From Azolla caroliniana (lineage: Eukaryota; Plantae; Polypodiophyta), in the NCBI GenBank assembly GCA_043228905.1, contig JBHGNT010000022.1, forward strand, positions 2,108,001-2,172,000: a stretch of DNA of 64,000 nt, read 5' to 3'. The first letter of the stretch is position 1; each line of letters begins with the position of its first letter. The notes beneath the pieces are model-generated. The model made no database searches. It was not told where the DNA came from and worked only from the letters and a program-made list of their open reading frames with translations. Position numbers and translations under genes: made by a program. Positions 10,054-22,892 of this stretch are shown here, piece by piece.

Positions 10054-12094
10054 ATGGTTTCTTCTCTCTTCACAATCTCTGTTCTAGCTATGGCTCTGCC
10101 CCTCCTCTGTTTGGCTCATGGAGGAGACCATCACACTCATGATCTTCACTTCTCATCTCCTTCTCCTTCTCCTTCTCAACCTGCCTTGCGATCCCAATAC
10201 CTCATCCTCACCAAAGTATACTGCCTTATCATCGTCTTCTTGGCCACATTCTCTGCTGGGGTCTCACCATGCTTCCTTAAATGGAGCCATGGCCTCCTCG
10301 TCCTCGGCACCCAATTCGCCGGCGGCGTCTTCTTGGCCACTGCCACCATGCATTTCCTCGCCGATTCCGATGAAACATTCCGAGAAAAGACGTCCGGAGA
10401 TTACCCGTTCGCGTTCATGCTCGCTTGCGCCGGCTACCTCCTCACCATGCTTGGTGACTGTGTCATCCATTGGATCTTTGTCAAAGAATCTAACTATGCC
10501 TTGCCTTCAAATCCGAAAGCCGGCCTCGGAATCGACCCTAGTAAAGGCATGTATTTCATTCAAATCTAAACAAACACCTTCTGTTCTTTATAATTATCTA
10601 AAACTCTTGCATTTGTCTTATATGTGCTTGTACACTCGGTGTACATACATGCAATGTATACATGTATATACACACATGCATGCATGTGCATGACATTGTG
10701 TGTGTATATATGCATGGATATGTATGTATGTATGGATATGTATGTATGTATGGATATGTATGTATGTATGTATGTATGTACAATATGGCCATAGAAGAAG
10801 AGCTAGATCCATCCAATCATCGATCGTCATGTTGTACCCAACTCGCATGCAAAGGCTTATAATGTTGAAGAGTGTGAGGAAATTCATGATAAGGGAAAGA
10901 CAATGTCTTGAAACATTTTTGTGATGAGGTTAGAGGTGAAAATTGCTGGCTAACTTGTGAATTTATAACACCGGGAGTGTTAATCTTGATTACAATTTAT
11001 TAACCGCGCAGGGTAATTTTCATATTTGTAAGTGAGTTTTTTATTTTGATTATCAAAAGGTCAAGAGCTCAAGATCCCAATGGTGCATCTAACCTTTTGA
11101 ATTTGTAGTCCCTAATAATAACTAGAAGTTTATTTTTGTGATTCTAGATTTGTTGGTATGTTTCATGTCAACATATATAAACAAATGCGCCACATTAAGA
11201 CCATTTCGGTCATGGTTTAGTGTTTGTTATAAAATGTAATGGGCAAATCTTTGTCTTCCCAAATCATGTGTAGATAGTATGGTGCGAGATCAATTATAGC
11301 TCCACCATTCCTTAGTATTAAATTGTTTAGACTCGTGTTTCTCTGACCGTTTATCATACAATTGACAGGGGTTCCTCCGTTTGAAGCCGACGGCAATTAC
11401 GGCCATGACCAGACATGCAAGGTATGTTCCATACCTCTACTTATTTCCACAATGTATGCATCACTAAAGATTGATTTTCCATGTCCATTAGATTGGCTTC
11501 CAAGTTGCTAACTTCGTAACTTTTTCATTTCATGTTTCGTTCCTAATTATGTAGTGTGGTGATGATTCCACCATCAATCCCGAAGCCAAGAATTTTGTCG
11601 CGGCAACCCTAATAAGCAAGACATCGTTGAGCGATACGATCCTCCTTATCTCGGCTCTTTGCTTTCACTCCGTCTTTGAGGGGATTGCAATCGGCATTGC
11701 GGAAACCCCCTCCGACACATGGAGAGCATTGTGGACAATCTCACTTCACAAAGTGTTTGCCGCCATAGCGATGGGCATCGCGTTGCTTCGCATGATGCCG
11801 GCCCGCCCCCGCCTCCAATGTGCGATTTATTCATTTGCATTTGGTATATCAAGCCCTATAGGTGTGGCCATTGGTATCATCATTGATTCAACCACGGAGG
11901 GGCCTATTGCAGATTGGGTCTATGCGATATCCATGGGTCTCGCTTCCGGGGTATTTATTTATGTCGCCATCAACCATTTGCTTGTCAAAGGCTATACCCC
12001 TTCATGTAGAGTTAGTGTGGACACTTCTTTCTATAAATTTCTCGCAATCACCCTTGGAGTGGGAATCATAGCCGTGGTGATGATATGGGATTAA
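10054..12094 (+). CDS. ZIP2: ZIP-family Zn/Mn/Fe transporter, ZIP2/ZIP11-like; exons 10054-10546 (or -10540), 11369-11421, 11555-12094; ~361 aa
   Basis: Signal peptide + AHGG; [19 protein letters not shown]; [18 protein letters not shown]; YPFAFML; ZIP signature [14 protein letters not shown]; [12 protein letters not shown]; ends VVMIWD*. Splice phases (1, 0) join the three exons in frame. ZIP2 versus ZIP11 orthology is not resolved. Confidence 0.93.
10700..10780. repeat. (TATG)n / TATGGATATG simple repeat in ZIP intron 1
   Basis: Directly visible tandem TATG units. Confidence 0.9.
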
Positions 12095-12299
12095 CTTCGT
12101 TGCTTCTGTGTATAACCTGATGTTCTTACATAATTTGAGTCAAATTTTGTTTTTGCGAGACACATTGCAATACACCTAGGGATAAACTCCATCCCATCAT
12201 CTCCACTTGTTTAACTCTAATATTGTTCCTCACAAAGTGAAAAGACAAGAATGGATTGGTTGGCCTGACATGGAAGAGTTGCATGTGTTCTTTGGGTTG

Positions 12300-13098
12300 G
12301 AAAAGTGACAAGAACGTTCAAAACATATCCATGATAATTTCAATGATGTATGTTCCATCATCTATCCATGGTAGCATTCATCGAGCTATTCAATAGCACA
12401 TTGCATGAGTTAACAACATAAATCGAGATTAAGGTCATTAGTTGGTTAAGGTGAGTGATCAACCTCAACTAGAGAAAATTTACTTGCTCCAAATGTAAAT
12501 GTAAGGGAAGTTGGGAGTTGTTGTCATGCATGTGTTGAAACATGTTATCCATGAATTTTATGCTAGTGTTAAAGCATGTTATCAATGAATTTTTGAAGTT
12601 CATGTGCATGGCAGTGTTAAGAATCACAATAGCACTTTCACAACTTATTAGGAAACAACGATTATCTTGTGCAAGTTATCCAAGAAAACCAACAAAATTA
12701 TGCACAATACACCACCATATTTTTACATGGAAAACCCTACCATGGGACCAAGTCTAGAAACAATTTAGTATCAAATAGATTTTAGAGTACTATGCAAAGA
12801 GGAAGAAAGTAAACATTTTTTCTTAAAACTTAAACCCAACCAACAAGACCAAAAAGACCACCAAAATCTCAGAGCATGTGGCTCGTGCATAAGGAGGCAA
12901 TGTCCGAAAATGGCAACATTTTATTGATGTACTCATAAAGGCATTGATGGCGAAGGCAAAGAAGCTAGTATGAGCTCTTGAAATTTTTGTTCTAGTATCT
13001 AATAGAAATCTATTTATTTTGCCCCCTCTTCTCACTTTTTAAAAGTGATTATAGATGCGTAAGTACATAGAAGTGTGATCCTTTTCACAATAGATTAA
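12300..13098 (-). mobile_element. Possible degenerate L1 LINE remnant, split by Copia B (apparently continues 30267-30763)
   Basis: Weak motif remnants: W..Q.NRCF near 12660; ILWKFGQGKHMAS and LHNLAMLG near 30510-30620. Confidence 0.35.
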
Positions 13099-13521
13099 TG
13101 TAGAAACAAATAGCGTGCGAAAGCAATAGAAAACAGAAAACAGAGAACATGTTTAATGGAGAGCTTAATTGTACGCGAGAGAGACAGAGAGAGAGAGCAC
13201 ACAGAAACTTAATTCAAAAAAACTACTCAGTCTGTACATCGTATGTGTTCAATGAACACTTTTATACAAGTCCATCCGGACTGACAGAAGTACGGTGTAC
13301 TTCAATGCTCACACGAGCGTTTGACACTAACTACGAGATATTAACTCCCTAGTAGACTAGTTGCTACTTGGCTTCCGGTTACTACTTGATGCAACTAACT
13401 GGCTCCCCAGCTCACTGGCTCACTTGCTCACCGGCTCACCGATCCAGCTCATCCTTCTGGATGCCGATCCGGCTTAGGCTTATTCAGCTGATCCGGATCC
13501 GGTTGAGCTTGCCGCTCAACA
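13099..13521 (-). repeat. 3' LTR of B
   Basis: TG...CA; matches 29854-30261. Confidence 0.92.
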
Positions 13522-15219
13522 CTCCCCCTCAAGCTCAATTTGAGGTCGGATCGTAGTGTCAGTCTCTATGGCAGCCGATCCTTCCACCTGGCTCCTTCTG
13601 GCGTCACTACGCCTCGCTCGCGCTCCTCGTCCGGTCCGGTCCCGTTTGGTCGGCTTGTTTGCTCAACAGGCCCAATTCAGCTCCCTTGCTGTTGTGACTT
13701 TGGCTTTTGCCGATTCGTCGATCCCTTCGTGTTGGCGTTGACTTTTGCTGCCTTCTTGTCCTCTTGGACTTGAATTGATCCGGTTCTTACGAATCCTTCT
13801 GTAGAACCGAATCGGCTGTCTCCGATTCGTTCCAGCTCTTGTCCGAATCGGTTGCTCCCGATTTGTGTTCTGGTTCCAGGCCCTTCACCACATCGGACCA
13901 TGTCCGGGTCTTGGCCTTCTTCTTCTAGTTGGCTCTGTCCTTCTTGACTTTGCCTCCGCTGATGCTTGTTCCGACTTGTTCGGATGTGTCAACTTCCTTT
14001 GTCGACTCGACTCTTTTCTTCTTTCTTTCTCTCCCCTTGTCGGTTCTTCCCTCACCGGTGCAATTGACAGTCTCTTTGCCTTTGCCCATTCCGGTGGTGT
14101 CTTTGCCCATTCTCCCCCTCAAGTGTGGCACGTCAAGATGCTGAACACCAAGCATTTCAATGAAGTGCTGCAACTTGTCCGATCTGAGCGGTTTGGTGAA
14201 GATGTCGGCAACTTGCTGATCCGTATGAACATACCGAAGTTCGATTTCACTGCTCAGGACATGCTCACACACGAAGTGGTAGTGCACTTCGATGTGCTTT
14301 GTGTGAGCATGGAATACGGGGTTCTTGGCGAGCTGCATGCTGCTTATGTTGTCGTAGTAGATCAGGATCGGGGTTGGCACCTTGATCCGCAGGTCTTGCA
14401 GCAGTCGCCGAAGCCAAATGGCTTCACATGTGGCAACGATAGCGCCCCGGTATTCAACCTCAGTGCTCGACAGAGCCACTATTGGTTGCTTTTTGCTGCT
14501 CCACGCAACAACCGCGCTACCTAGGGAAAACATATAGCCGGAAGTTGATCGGCGATCTGATGCATTGTCGGCCCAGTCGGCATCAATGTAACTGACTAGC
14601 TCTTCGGTTATACCTCGCTGGTATTACAGTCCCCCGTTCTTCGTGCCGCTCACATACCGTAGTATGCGGTGCGCGCACTGAAGATGCTCTACGGTTGGCT
14701 TCTGCATGAATTGGCTAATCACACCGACCGAATAACTGATGTCGGGTTAGGTGATGGTCAAATATATAAGGCTTTCGACAATTTGCCGGAACCGTTCCTC
14801 ATCGCAGGTCGGTCTGGAGTTGGGACAAAGCTTCTGTTTCCGGTCCAAGGGTGTAGAAATAGGGTGGCATTTAGTCATGCTGAACATGTACAACATATTC
14901 AACATATTCAACACATAGTGTCTTTGTGAGAGAAATATGCCGTTGGGGGTTCGGATCACCTCGATCCGAAGGAAATAGTGAAGGTTCCCTAGGTCCTTCA
15001 TCTCAAATGCGTCCGATAGATGGGACTTGACTCGACTGATTTCATCGAGTCCGGGTTCGGTGATGACTAGATGCATACCGACCGTCCGAACCTTGCCGGA
15101 TGAACAACGAAGAGTTAGACTTGGAGGCCGCAAACCCCATCTTACGCAACCAGTGCGTGATCTTCGCATTCCAAGCTCGGGGGGCTTGCTTCAGGCCATA
15201 AAGTGACTTCTTCAACTGG

Positions 15220-15604
15220 TGTTGAAAATCAAGCTCAACTTGGTCTAGTGTGTGAACTCACCTTGAGAGTGAATAGACACTCCAACGGTCAAGAGTCACC
15301 ATTAAGTCACCTCTTTGTATTCTAGCATTTAGTATGAGTTATAGAATCATATTCTATGACACATAACTTATGAGCTTTCACATTCCCCATGCTCTATGAG
15401 CCTTGTAGTTAATGAAGAGAGAGGGTGACTACATAAAGCATCCTCCTCCCACCTTGTATAGCGTTGAGTCTTTCTCCTTTGTTAATATACTTTTACCTTG
15501 CGTATTCCTTGTCTCTCTCACTCTCTCTCTCACTCTCTCTCTCATACACACACATAACTCATATCTCTTCCGCTTCACAAGAATCCATCTCTTGATTCTT
15601 TACA
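15220..15604. mobile_element. Solo LTR (385 bp) inserted in the RT of B
   Basis: TGTTGAAA...TTTACA; TSD ACTGG/ACCGG; removal restores VCRLKKSLYGLKQAP. Confidence 0.85.
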
Positions 15605-16241
15605 ACCGGCATACAACCGACTTGTTCATCTCTGACTAAAAACCGGGAGGTTGGGTCATAAAGACCTCTTCTTCTAGATCGCCTTGAAGAAATGAATTCT
15701 TCACGTCCATCTGGTGAAGATGCCACTCCCATGCCGCAGCAACCGCCATCACCACACGAACCGTCGTCATCTTCACTACTGGAGCGAAGGTCTCGTCATA
15801 GTCGATTCCGTGGGTCTGTGTGAATCCCTTCGTCACTAACCGGGCCTTGTACCGGTCAACTGAACCGTCGGCGTTGTACTTGACCTTGTACACCCACTTG
15901 CATCCGATCGGTTTATTGTGACGGGGAGGGGCAACCAGGTCCCATGTATCGTTGGCATCAAGTGCCCGCATCTCTTCTTCCATAGCGGCACGCCAATGTG
16001 CGTCCTTTGCCGCTTCTGCGTAGCTCTCCGGCTCACACACTTCCGCCACCTTGGTCATGTACGCATAGTGATGCACCATGTACTCATTGTACCCGTACTG
16101 CTTAACAGGTTCCTTCTGGCGGGTTGACCGGCGTAACCCACCGTTACCCGGTTTGAGGCCCTTCTTGGCCGGTTCGGTCTTCAGTGCCGAAGAACCGTCT
16201 TTTTCCTTTCCGGAGTCGGATCCACTCTGATCTGACTCATT

Positions 16242-19200
16242 TGTTGAGAGACAAGCTCAACGTCGGCCGGATCGGCTGAAGAAGCCGAGGACCGGATTGG
16301 TTGGGACTGATCGGTTAGGCCGAATGTGTAAACCGGTACGCAGAACGGTGCGTAGGTAGGGCCGGATCGGTGCGTAAACTGGGAGGCCGTTAGGAAAGAT
16401 ATTCCGTGAGGAATATATTTGGGAGTTAGTGTAGGAGCTCTCAATGAGCATTGAGTACTTCTGTCAGTCCTTCTAGGACTTGTATAAAAGTGTTCATTGA
16501 ACACATATGTAGAGAGTGGTGTATAGAGATTGTGTACCCTTTTGAATATAGTTCTAGTGTTCTCTCTCTCTCTCACTCTCTCTGTCTCTCTCGCGTATAC
16601 TGCGTAAGCTCAAGCTCTCCATTAAACCTGAGTTTTCTGCCTTCTGTTCGGTCTTCATACTTGCTTCCGCACGGTACTTTTTACATGGTATCAGAGCGTG
16701 AGGGTTGAGAACCTCTTTGCAGCCGACACAACTTGACGAGGAAGAACAAGAAGAACGATCGATAGAGGCATGGCGAGCTCGCTTCCAACAGAGAAGCTCG
16801 ACAGAACCAACTACGCGTCTTGGTCCTACAAGATGCACCGGTACCTGCTCGGGCACGGGTATTGGAGTTATGTCGAAGGAGCTAATGACGCGGCACCCGA
16901 ATTGACACACAGAGACTTCCCGTCGTGGGAGCAATCGGCGAGCAGGGTATTATACTGCTTCGCGTCGTGTGTGGGCGAACAACTATTGAGCTATGTTCGG
17001 GATGCAAAGACGCTGAAGGGTGCGTGGGAAAATCTGAAGAAGGTTTTCGCCGCGAGCACCACAGCTAGGAAGCTTCAGCTCCGACAGGAGTTGAGCAACC
17101 TACGACAGCGCGACTTGTCGGTGGCGGACTATACCTCGAAGATCAAGGATATCTGCGACTCTCTCGCCTCCATAGAGGTGATCATCGAGGAGAGCGAGAT
17201 GGTCCAGATCTGTCTCGAAGGTTTGGCGTCGAAGTTCGGAGCGTTCCGAACGGCTGTGTGTACCCGGGAGAATACGCCGTCCTTTTTCGACTTACAGTCA
17301 ATGCTCCTGGTAGAGAAGAACCATGCGGGTGCGTCTACAAGTACGCACACCAACAACAGAATGCTGTACACGAAGGGAGATAGGCCCCGTGGACGTGGAG
17401 GATGAGGCGAGTCGGCGCGCAATGGAGGCTGCCGACGAGATCAAGGAAGAAGGCACCGAAGTGATGCCGACAGCAACTCCGGACCCTCCGAAAACAGGGG
17501 GAGTCGAAGCGATGAGAATCGGCAAGGGAAGGCCATCGCAGAGTGCTGGTACTGTGGCAAGAAAGGCCACAGGGAAAGTGAGTGCTGGAAGAAGCGCGCC
17601 GATTCGGAGAGAACCGGTTCCGGAAACGGCTCCGGACATACCGACAAGGGAAATCGGCGGCGATCGCACTATGCCGAAGACTCCGGGAGAGCCGGAGAAG
17701 GGTCTGCCTTCGTGACAAGACACGAAGCAAACTCAATGAAACAGACCACCCCGAGATCGGATGAGGTGTGGTACGTAGACTTCGGCGCGTCAAAGCACAT
17801 GACGAGCCATAAGGAGTGGTTCTCGTACCTTGAAAAAACGATACAACCTGGAGTAGTCGCAATTGGAGACGACACTCGACTTGTGGCACAAGCGGATAGG
17901 CCACGTCAACTACCAACGGCTTCAAGATCTGCAATCGAAACAGGTAGTGTTCGGATTGCCCAAATTTAGTGGCTGAAAGGCACAAATTTGTGAAGCCTGC
18001 CAGCTCGGGAAGCAACACCGACTTCCTTTCCCCAATGAGCGAAACCGGAGCCGGAACAAGCTCGACCTTATACACTCCGATGTATGGGGGCCGGCACAAA
18101 ACGTTAGCCTTGGCGGGAGCCGATATTTCGTATCCTTCATCGACGACCACACGCGGCACATGTGGGTCTACCTCATTGAGAGGAAGAGCGAAGTCTTCGA
18201 CTGTTTCCGGGACCTCAAAGGGTTCGTGGAAACGGAAACAGGACGAAAGATCAAGTGCCTGCGGTCGGATGGCGGGAAAGAGTATTTTTCCGGTCAATTC
18301 AACGGTTATCTACAACAAATGGGAACTCGACGCGAATTCAGTTGTAGATACACGCCGGAGCAGAACGACGTGGCCGAGAAGAAGAATCGGTCAGTTGTGG
18401 AAGCGGCACGGGCAATGCTGGAGGAGAAGAGCTTGCCCAAGTTCTACTGGGCCGAGGCGGTAAGGACCGCGGTATACATCCAGAACCGGATCGGAGACAA
18501 AGTGTCGGTGCACGAGCTATATTTCGGAACGAAGCCGAACTTGCGACACTTGAGGGTGTTCGGTAGCATTGCGTATGTGCATGTACTGAAGGAAAAAAGG
18601 AGGAAGCTGGACGCAAAGGCCGAGAAATGCATCTTGGTCGGTTACTCGGACGAGCAGAAGGGTTATAAGTGCTATAACCCTCGCACCAAACAAGCGCGTG
18701 TTAGCCGCGACGTTGTGTTTGACGAGTCCGCATCCTAGTACTAGCCCCCGACTCCGAACCCCGACTCCAATCCGAGTTCTCACGATGAGGTCAGCGAGGC
18801 CGAGATGCCTCTGGATGAGCCCGAAATCGAGACCCACGAAGAGAGTCCGATTTCACTCTGTTTAAGTGGACCGATTGGACGACTGAGTCGGTACGACCAG
18901 TCTGATGAAGAGCCGGCGAGTAGTGGAGACTCGGCCGTGCATTCCCTGCGCAAGAAGCCAAGGAGACGGCTTACGCGCAAAGAGAAAGGGAAGAAGAAGG
19001 TGTCGGATTCCGGCACAGATAGGAACGAGTCAGATCGACGCGAGTCTGACTCCGAGGGAACTGGTGACGGGTCTTTAAAGGTGAAGTCTGCATCGACCGA
19101 GAAGGCCTCGGCATTGGCTAATGTGAGATTACGCCGATCTACCCGCCAGAAGAATCCTGTTTTGCGGTTCGGATACAACGAGTACATGGCGCATCATTAT

Positions 19201-21624
19201 GCGTACATGACCCGTGTAGCGGAAGTGCGTGAGCCGGAGAGCTATGCAGAATCGGCTAAAGACACGAATTGGCGTGCCGCGATGGAGGAAGAGATGCACG
19301 CATTGGCGGAGAATGAGACCTGGGACCTGGTTGACGCACCAAGAGGGGTAAAACCGATCGGGTGTAGGTGGGTGTACAAAGTCAAGTACAACACCGATGG
19401 CTCGGTCAATCGGTACAAGGCTCGGCTAGTGGCAAAGGGCTACGCGCAGAAACACAGCATCGACTACGATGAGACGTTTGCGCCGATCGCGAAAATGACG
19501 ACCGTTCGTGTTTTGCTCGCAGTAGCTGCGGTGAAGGGGTGGCACTTACATCAGATGCATGTAAAGAATGCGTTCCTGCAAGGTGACCTTGAGGAATAGG
19601 TGTACATGGTACATCCCCCCGGATTTCACTCTTGAACGAACTCCTCGACACTATGCCGACTGAAGAAGTCCCTTTACGGACTGAAGCAAGCCCCGCGTGC
19701 CTGGAACGCGAAGATCACGCAACAATTGCGTCGGATGGGCTTCATCACGTCAAAGTCGGACTCTTCCCTGTTCATCCGGAAAGGTCGACTCGGACTGGTT
19801 AGTATTTTACTATATGTTGATGACTTGGTCATCACCGGCGCCGACCTAAGTGAAATTGACCGCGTGAAGCTCCAGTTTGCGGCATCGTTCGACATGAAGG
19901 ATCTGGGGGACCTTCCTTACTTCCTCGGGATCGAAGTGATCCGTACCCCCGAAGGAATATTGATCAGCCAACGTCATTACGTGTTGAGTATGCTCTTCAA
20001 ATTAGGGATGGCCGACTGTAAGTCCGTCTCGACTCCTCTGGACAGAATCGTCAAGCTTCGTCCCGATACGGGAAAGGTATGCGACCCGACGAGGTTCCGA
20101 CAAATTGTCGGAAGCCTCATATACTTGACCATCACCCGACCCGACCTCAGTTATCCGGTCGGAGTGATCAGTCAGTTCATGGTGGGACCTACCGAGGAGC
20201 ACCTTCAGTGTGCGCAACGCATACTTCGGTATGTCAACGGCACTAAGGACCGGGGACTGCTATATCGGACCAATGCAGCCACGTAGTTAGTCGGCTACAC
20301 AGATGCTGATTGGGCTGGCAACGCCGCCGATCGCCGATCCACGTCTGGATACGCGTTCTCCCTCGGGAGTGCCGAGATCGCGTGGAGTAGTAAGAAGCAG
20401 CCGACAAATGCACTGTCGAGCACCGAAGCTGAGTACCGAGGAGCGGCTGTCGCGACATGCGAAGCCATATGGTTGAAGCGGCTACTTAAGGACCTGCAAG
20501 AGGAGGTGTCAGATCCAACGACGATCTACTGCGATAACCTCAGCAGCATCCAGCTCGCGAAAAACCCCGTTTTCCACACACGGACCAAGCACATTGAGGT
20601 GCACTACCATTTCGTCCGTGAGCGTGTCCTTTCCGGTGAAGTCGAACTTCAGTACGTTCCGACGGATCGGTAGACTGTCGACATCTTCACCAAGCCTCTT
20701 GGTTTGGAGAAGTTGCGGCAATTCTCAGGTGCGCTCGGACTGCGTCACCTCGACGTGCCAAACTTGAGGGGGAGAACAGTCCCGAACGACCAAGCAAGGC
20801 AGTAGGAAAGGAGCGGAGACCGCGACACCGAGTCGGTTGACTCGGTTGTCGAGTTCGACTTCGGATCAACTGAAGAAGACGAGGGCGGACCCGTGGAAAA
20901 GTCCGAAAGCGGACAGAAGGGGAGCAACCGAAGGAGAGAGCCGAAGCCAACCACGCATGGGGAAGATGACGCCATTGAGGGCGAGAAGACCGAAGACAAG
21001 TTGGAGACAGCCAACTTGGACGAGAGTGAAAACCGATCGGAGGTAGCCGAGTCGGTTCAGATGTTTGATTCAGATACGTTGAATCAATCGAGGCCCAAGT
21101 GAAAGAAAAGGCAACAGGAGAAGCGTCAACACCGCAACAACAGAAGAGCTGATAAGGGCCACATGAGTAGACAAGCCGACCGGAAGGGTCGAAGTGCGCG
21201 GAGTCGAACAGGTCAAGGAGCGCGAGCGAGGCGTGAAGCCAGGAGGAACCGGAGCTATGAGCCCGAAGATCCCGAAGAGCCTCAAGTTGAGCTTGAGGGG
21301 GAGTGTTGAGAGACAAGCTCAACGTCGGCCGGATCGGCTGAAGAAGCCGAGGACCGGATTGGTTGGGACCGATCGGTTAGGCTGAATGCGTAAACCGGTA
21401 CGCAGAACGGTGCGTAGGTAGGGCCGGATCGGTGCGTAAACCGGGAGGCCGTTAGGAAAGATATTCCGTGAGGAATATATTTGGGAGTTAGTGTAGGAGC
21501 TCTCAATGAGCATTGAGTACTTCTGTCAGTCCTTCTAGGACTTGTATAAAAGTGTTCATTGAACACATATATGTAGAGAGTGGTGTATAGAGATTGTGTA
21601 CCCTTTTGAATATAGTTCTAGTGT

Positions 21625-21658
<34 letters not shown>

Positions 21659-21753
21659 CCGCGTATACTGCGTAAGCTCAAGCTCTCCATTAAACCTAAG
21701 TTTTGTGCCTTCTGTTCGGTCTTCATACTTGCTTCCGCACGCTTCTTTTTACA
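16242..21753 (+). mobile_element. Element A1: Ty1/Copia nested in B
   Basis: LTRs 16242-16685 and 21304-21753; PBS TGGTATCAGAGC 16686-16697; PPT 21293-21303; TSD TCATT/TCATC; removal restores the B frame DYETGNDESDQS. Confidence 0.94.
16770..21309 (+). pseudogene. gag-pol: A1 gag-pol with multiple stops and a ~290-bp deletion between protease and integrase (~17875)
   Basis: Gag (EKLDRTNYASW), CWYCGKKGH knuckle, WYVDFGAS, integrase LRSDGGKEY, RT LLYVDD, RNaseH. The deletion is seen by comparison with A2. Confidence 0.88.
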
Positions 21754-22619
21754 TCATCATTACCGGTTTCATAATCCGACATCTTCTTCTTCCCCTTCTC
21801 TTTGCGCGTGAACCGTCTCCTTGGTTCCTTGCACGGGGAGAGCACGACGGAGTCTTTACTACTCGCCGGTTCCTCTTCTGACTGGCCGGATTGACCCAGT
21901 CTCTCGTTCGGCCCACTCAACTGAAACGATTCCGGACTCTCTTCTTGAGTCCCGTATTCATCATCTTCTATCTGGACCGGTTCAAACTCACTAGCCTTAT
22001 CCTCCGATATCAGGTCGGGGTCAGAAGTCGGAGCCGGTAAGGCATACCATGATGCCGTTTCATCAAACTCAACATTGCAGCTAACTCGGACCTGCTTCGT
22101 CCGGGGGTTATAAAACTTATACCCCTTTTGCTCATGTGAGTAGCCGATGAGGATGCCCTTCTCCGATTTCGCATCTGTTGGGAACTCGACGTTCCTGATG
22201 TCCGACGCTCGGCCACAACCGAGATTCTTTTCATACACAGAAAAACAGGTAATGAAACGCGACACAAAAGAGGAGAAATGGTACACAGGAGGTATACGTG
22301 GAAAACCCCAAAATAGGGGAAAAACCACGGCAGCCCACAAGCTGCAAACTGTCACTATGTAGAAATATACAACAGTGAGATCACTGAGGCAACGACCTCG
22401 TGCTCTCAGATCTTCGCCACAGGCGGCGGTTACAACAGAGGCAACGACCTCGTCTCTCTCTCTCTCTCTCTCTGTACAGTTACGCGCTCTGATTTCTTCT
22501 TCTGCACAACACCAAAAGAATAACAACAAGAATGACAACTAATAACTAAAAGTTTGCCCTAAGTCATATTTATACTAATATGACTTTTCGGCTATTTACA
22601 AATGTAGCCTCGATGGGCT

Positions 22620-22800
22620 CCATCCGGCTCTCCACAGTCGGGTACTCCTCATCCGGTTCATACTGGGCCTACACCATCCGACTCTTCGCAGTCGGGTACT
22701 CCTCATCTGGTTCTCCGCAGTCGGGTACTCCTCATCCGGTTCATATCGGGCCTACACCATCCGACTCTCCGCAGTCGGGTACTCCTCATCCGGTTCTCCG
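22620..22800. repeat. ~29-bp tandem sub-repeats in the C1 LTR U3 (also 27440-27620)
   Basis: Unit CTCATCCGGTTCTCCGCAGTCGGGTACTC with a variant insert. Confidence 0.85.
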
Positions 22801-22892
22801 TTTCTCATCTGGTACAACAGCACTGTTTGTTCGTCGGCACTGTTCTTCTCCCTTCCCATCCGGAGGGACCTGTCTACCAACAAACTCCCCCT

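Noticed and set aside
9556-10924. Phe-rich and YVCM/HTYI ORFs
   Set aside because: Translations of poly-A tracts and TATG repeats.
22620-22800. CRISPR-like repeat/spacer pattern in the C1, C2 and H LTRs
   Set aside because: The 'spacers' are themselves repeated, the arrays are ordinary U3 tandem repeats, and there are no cas genes.
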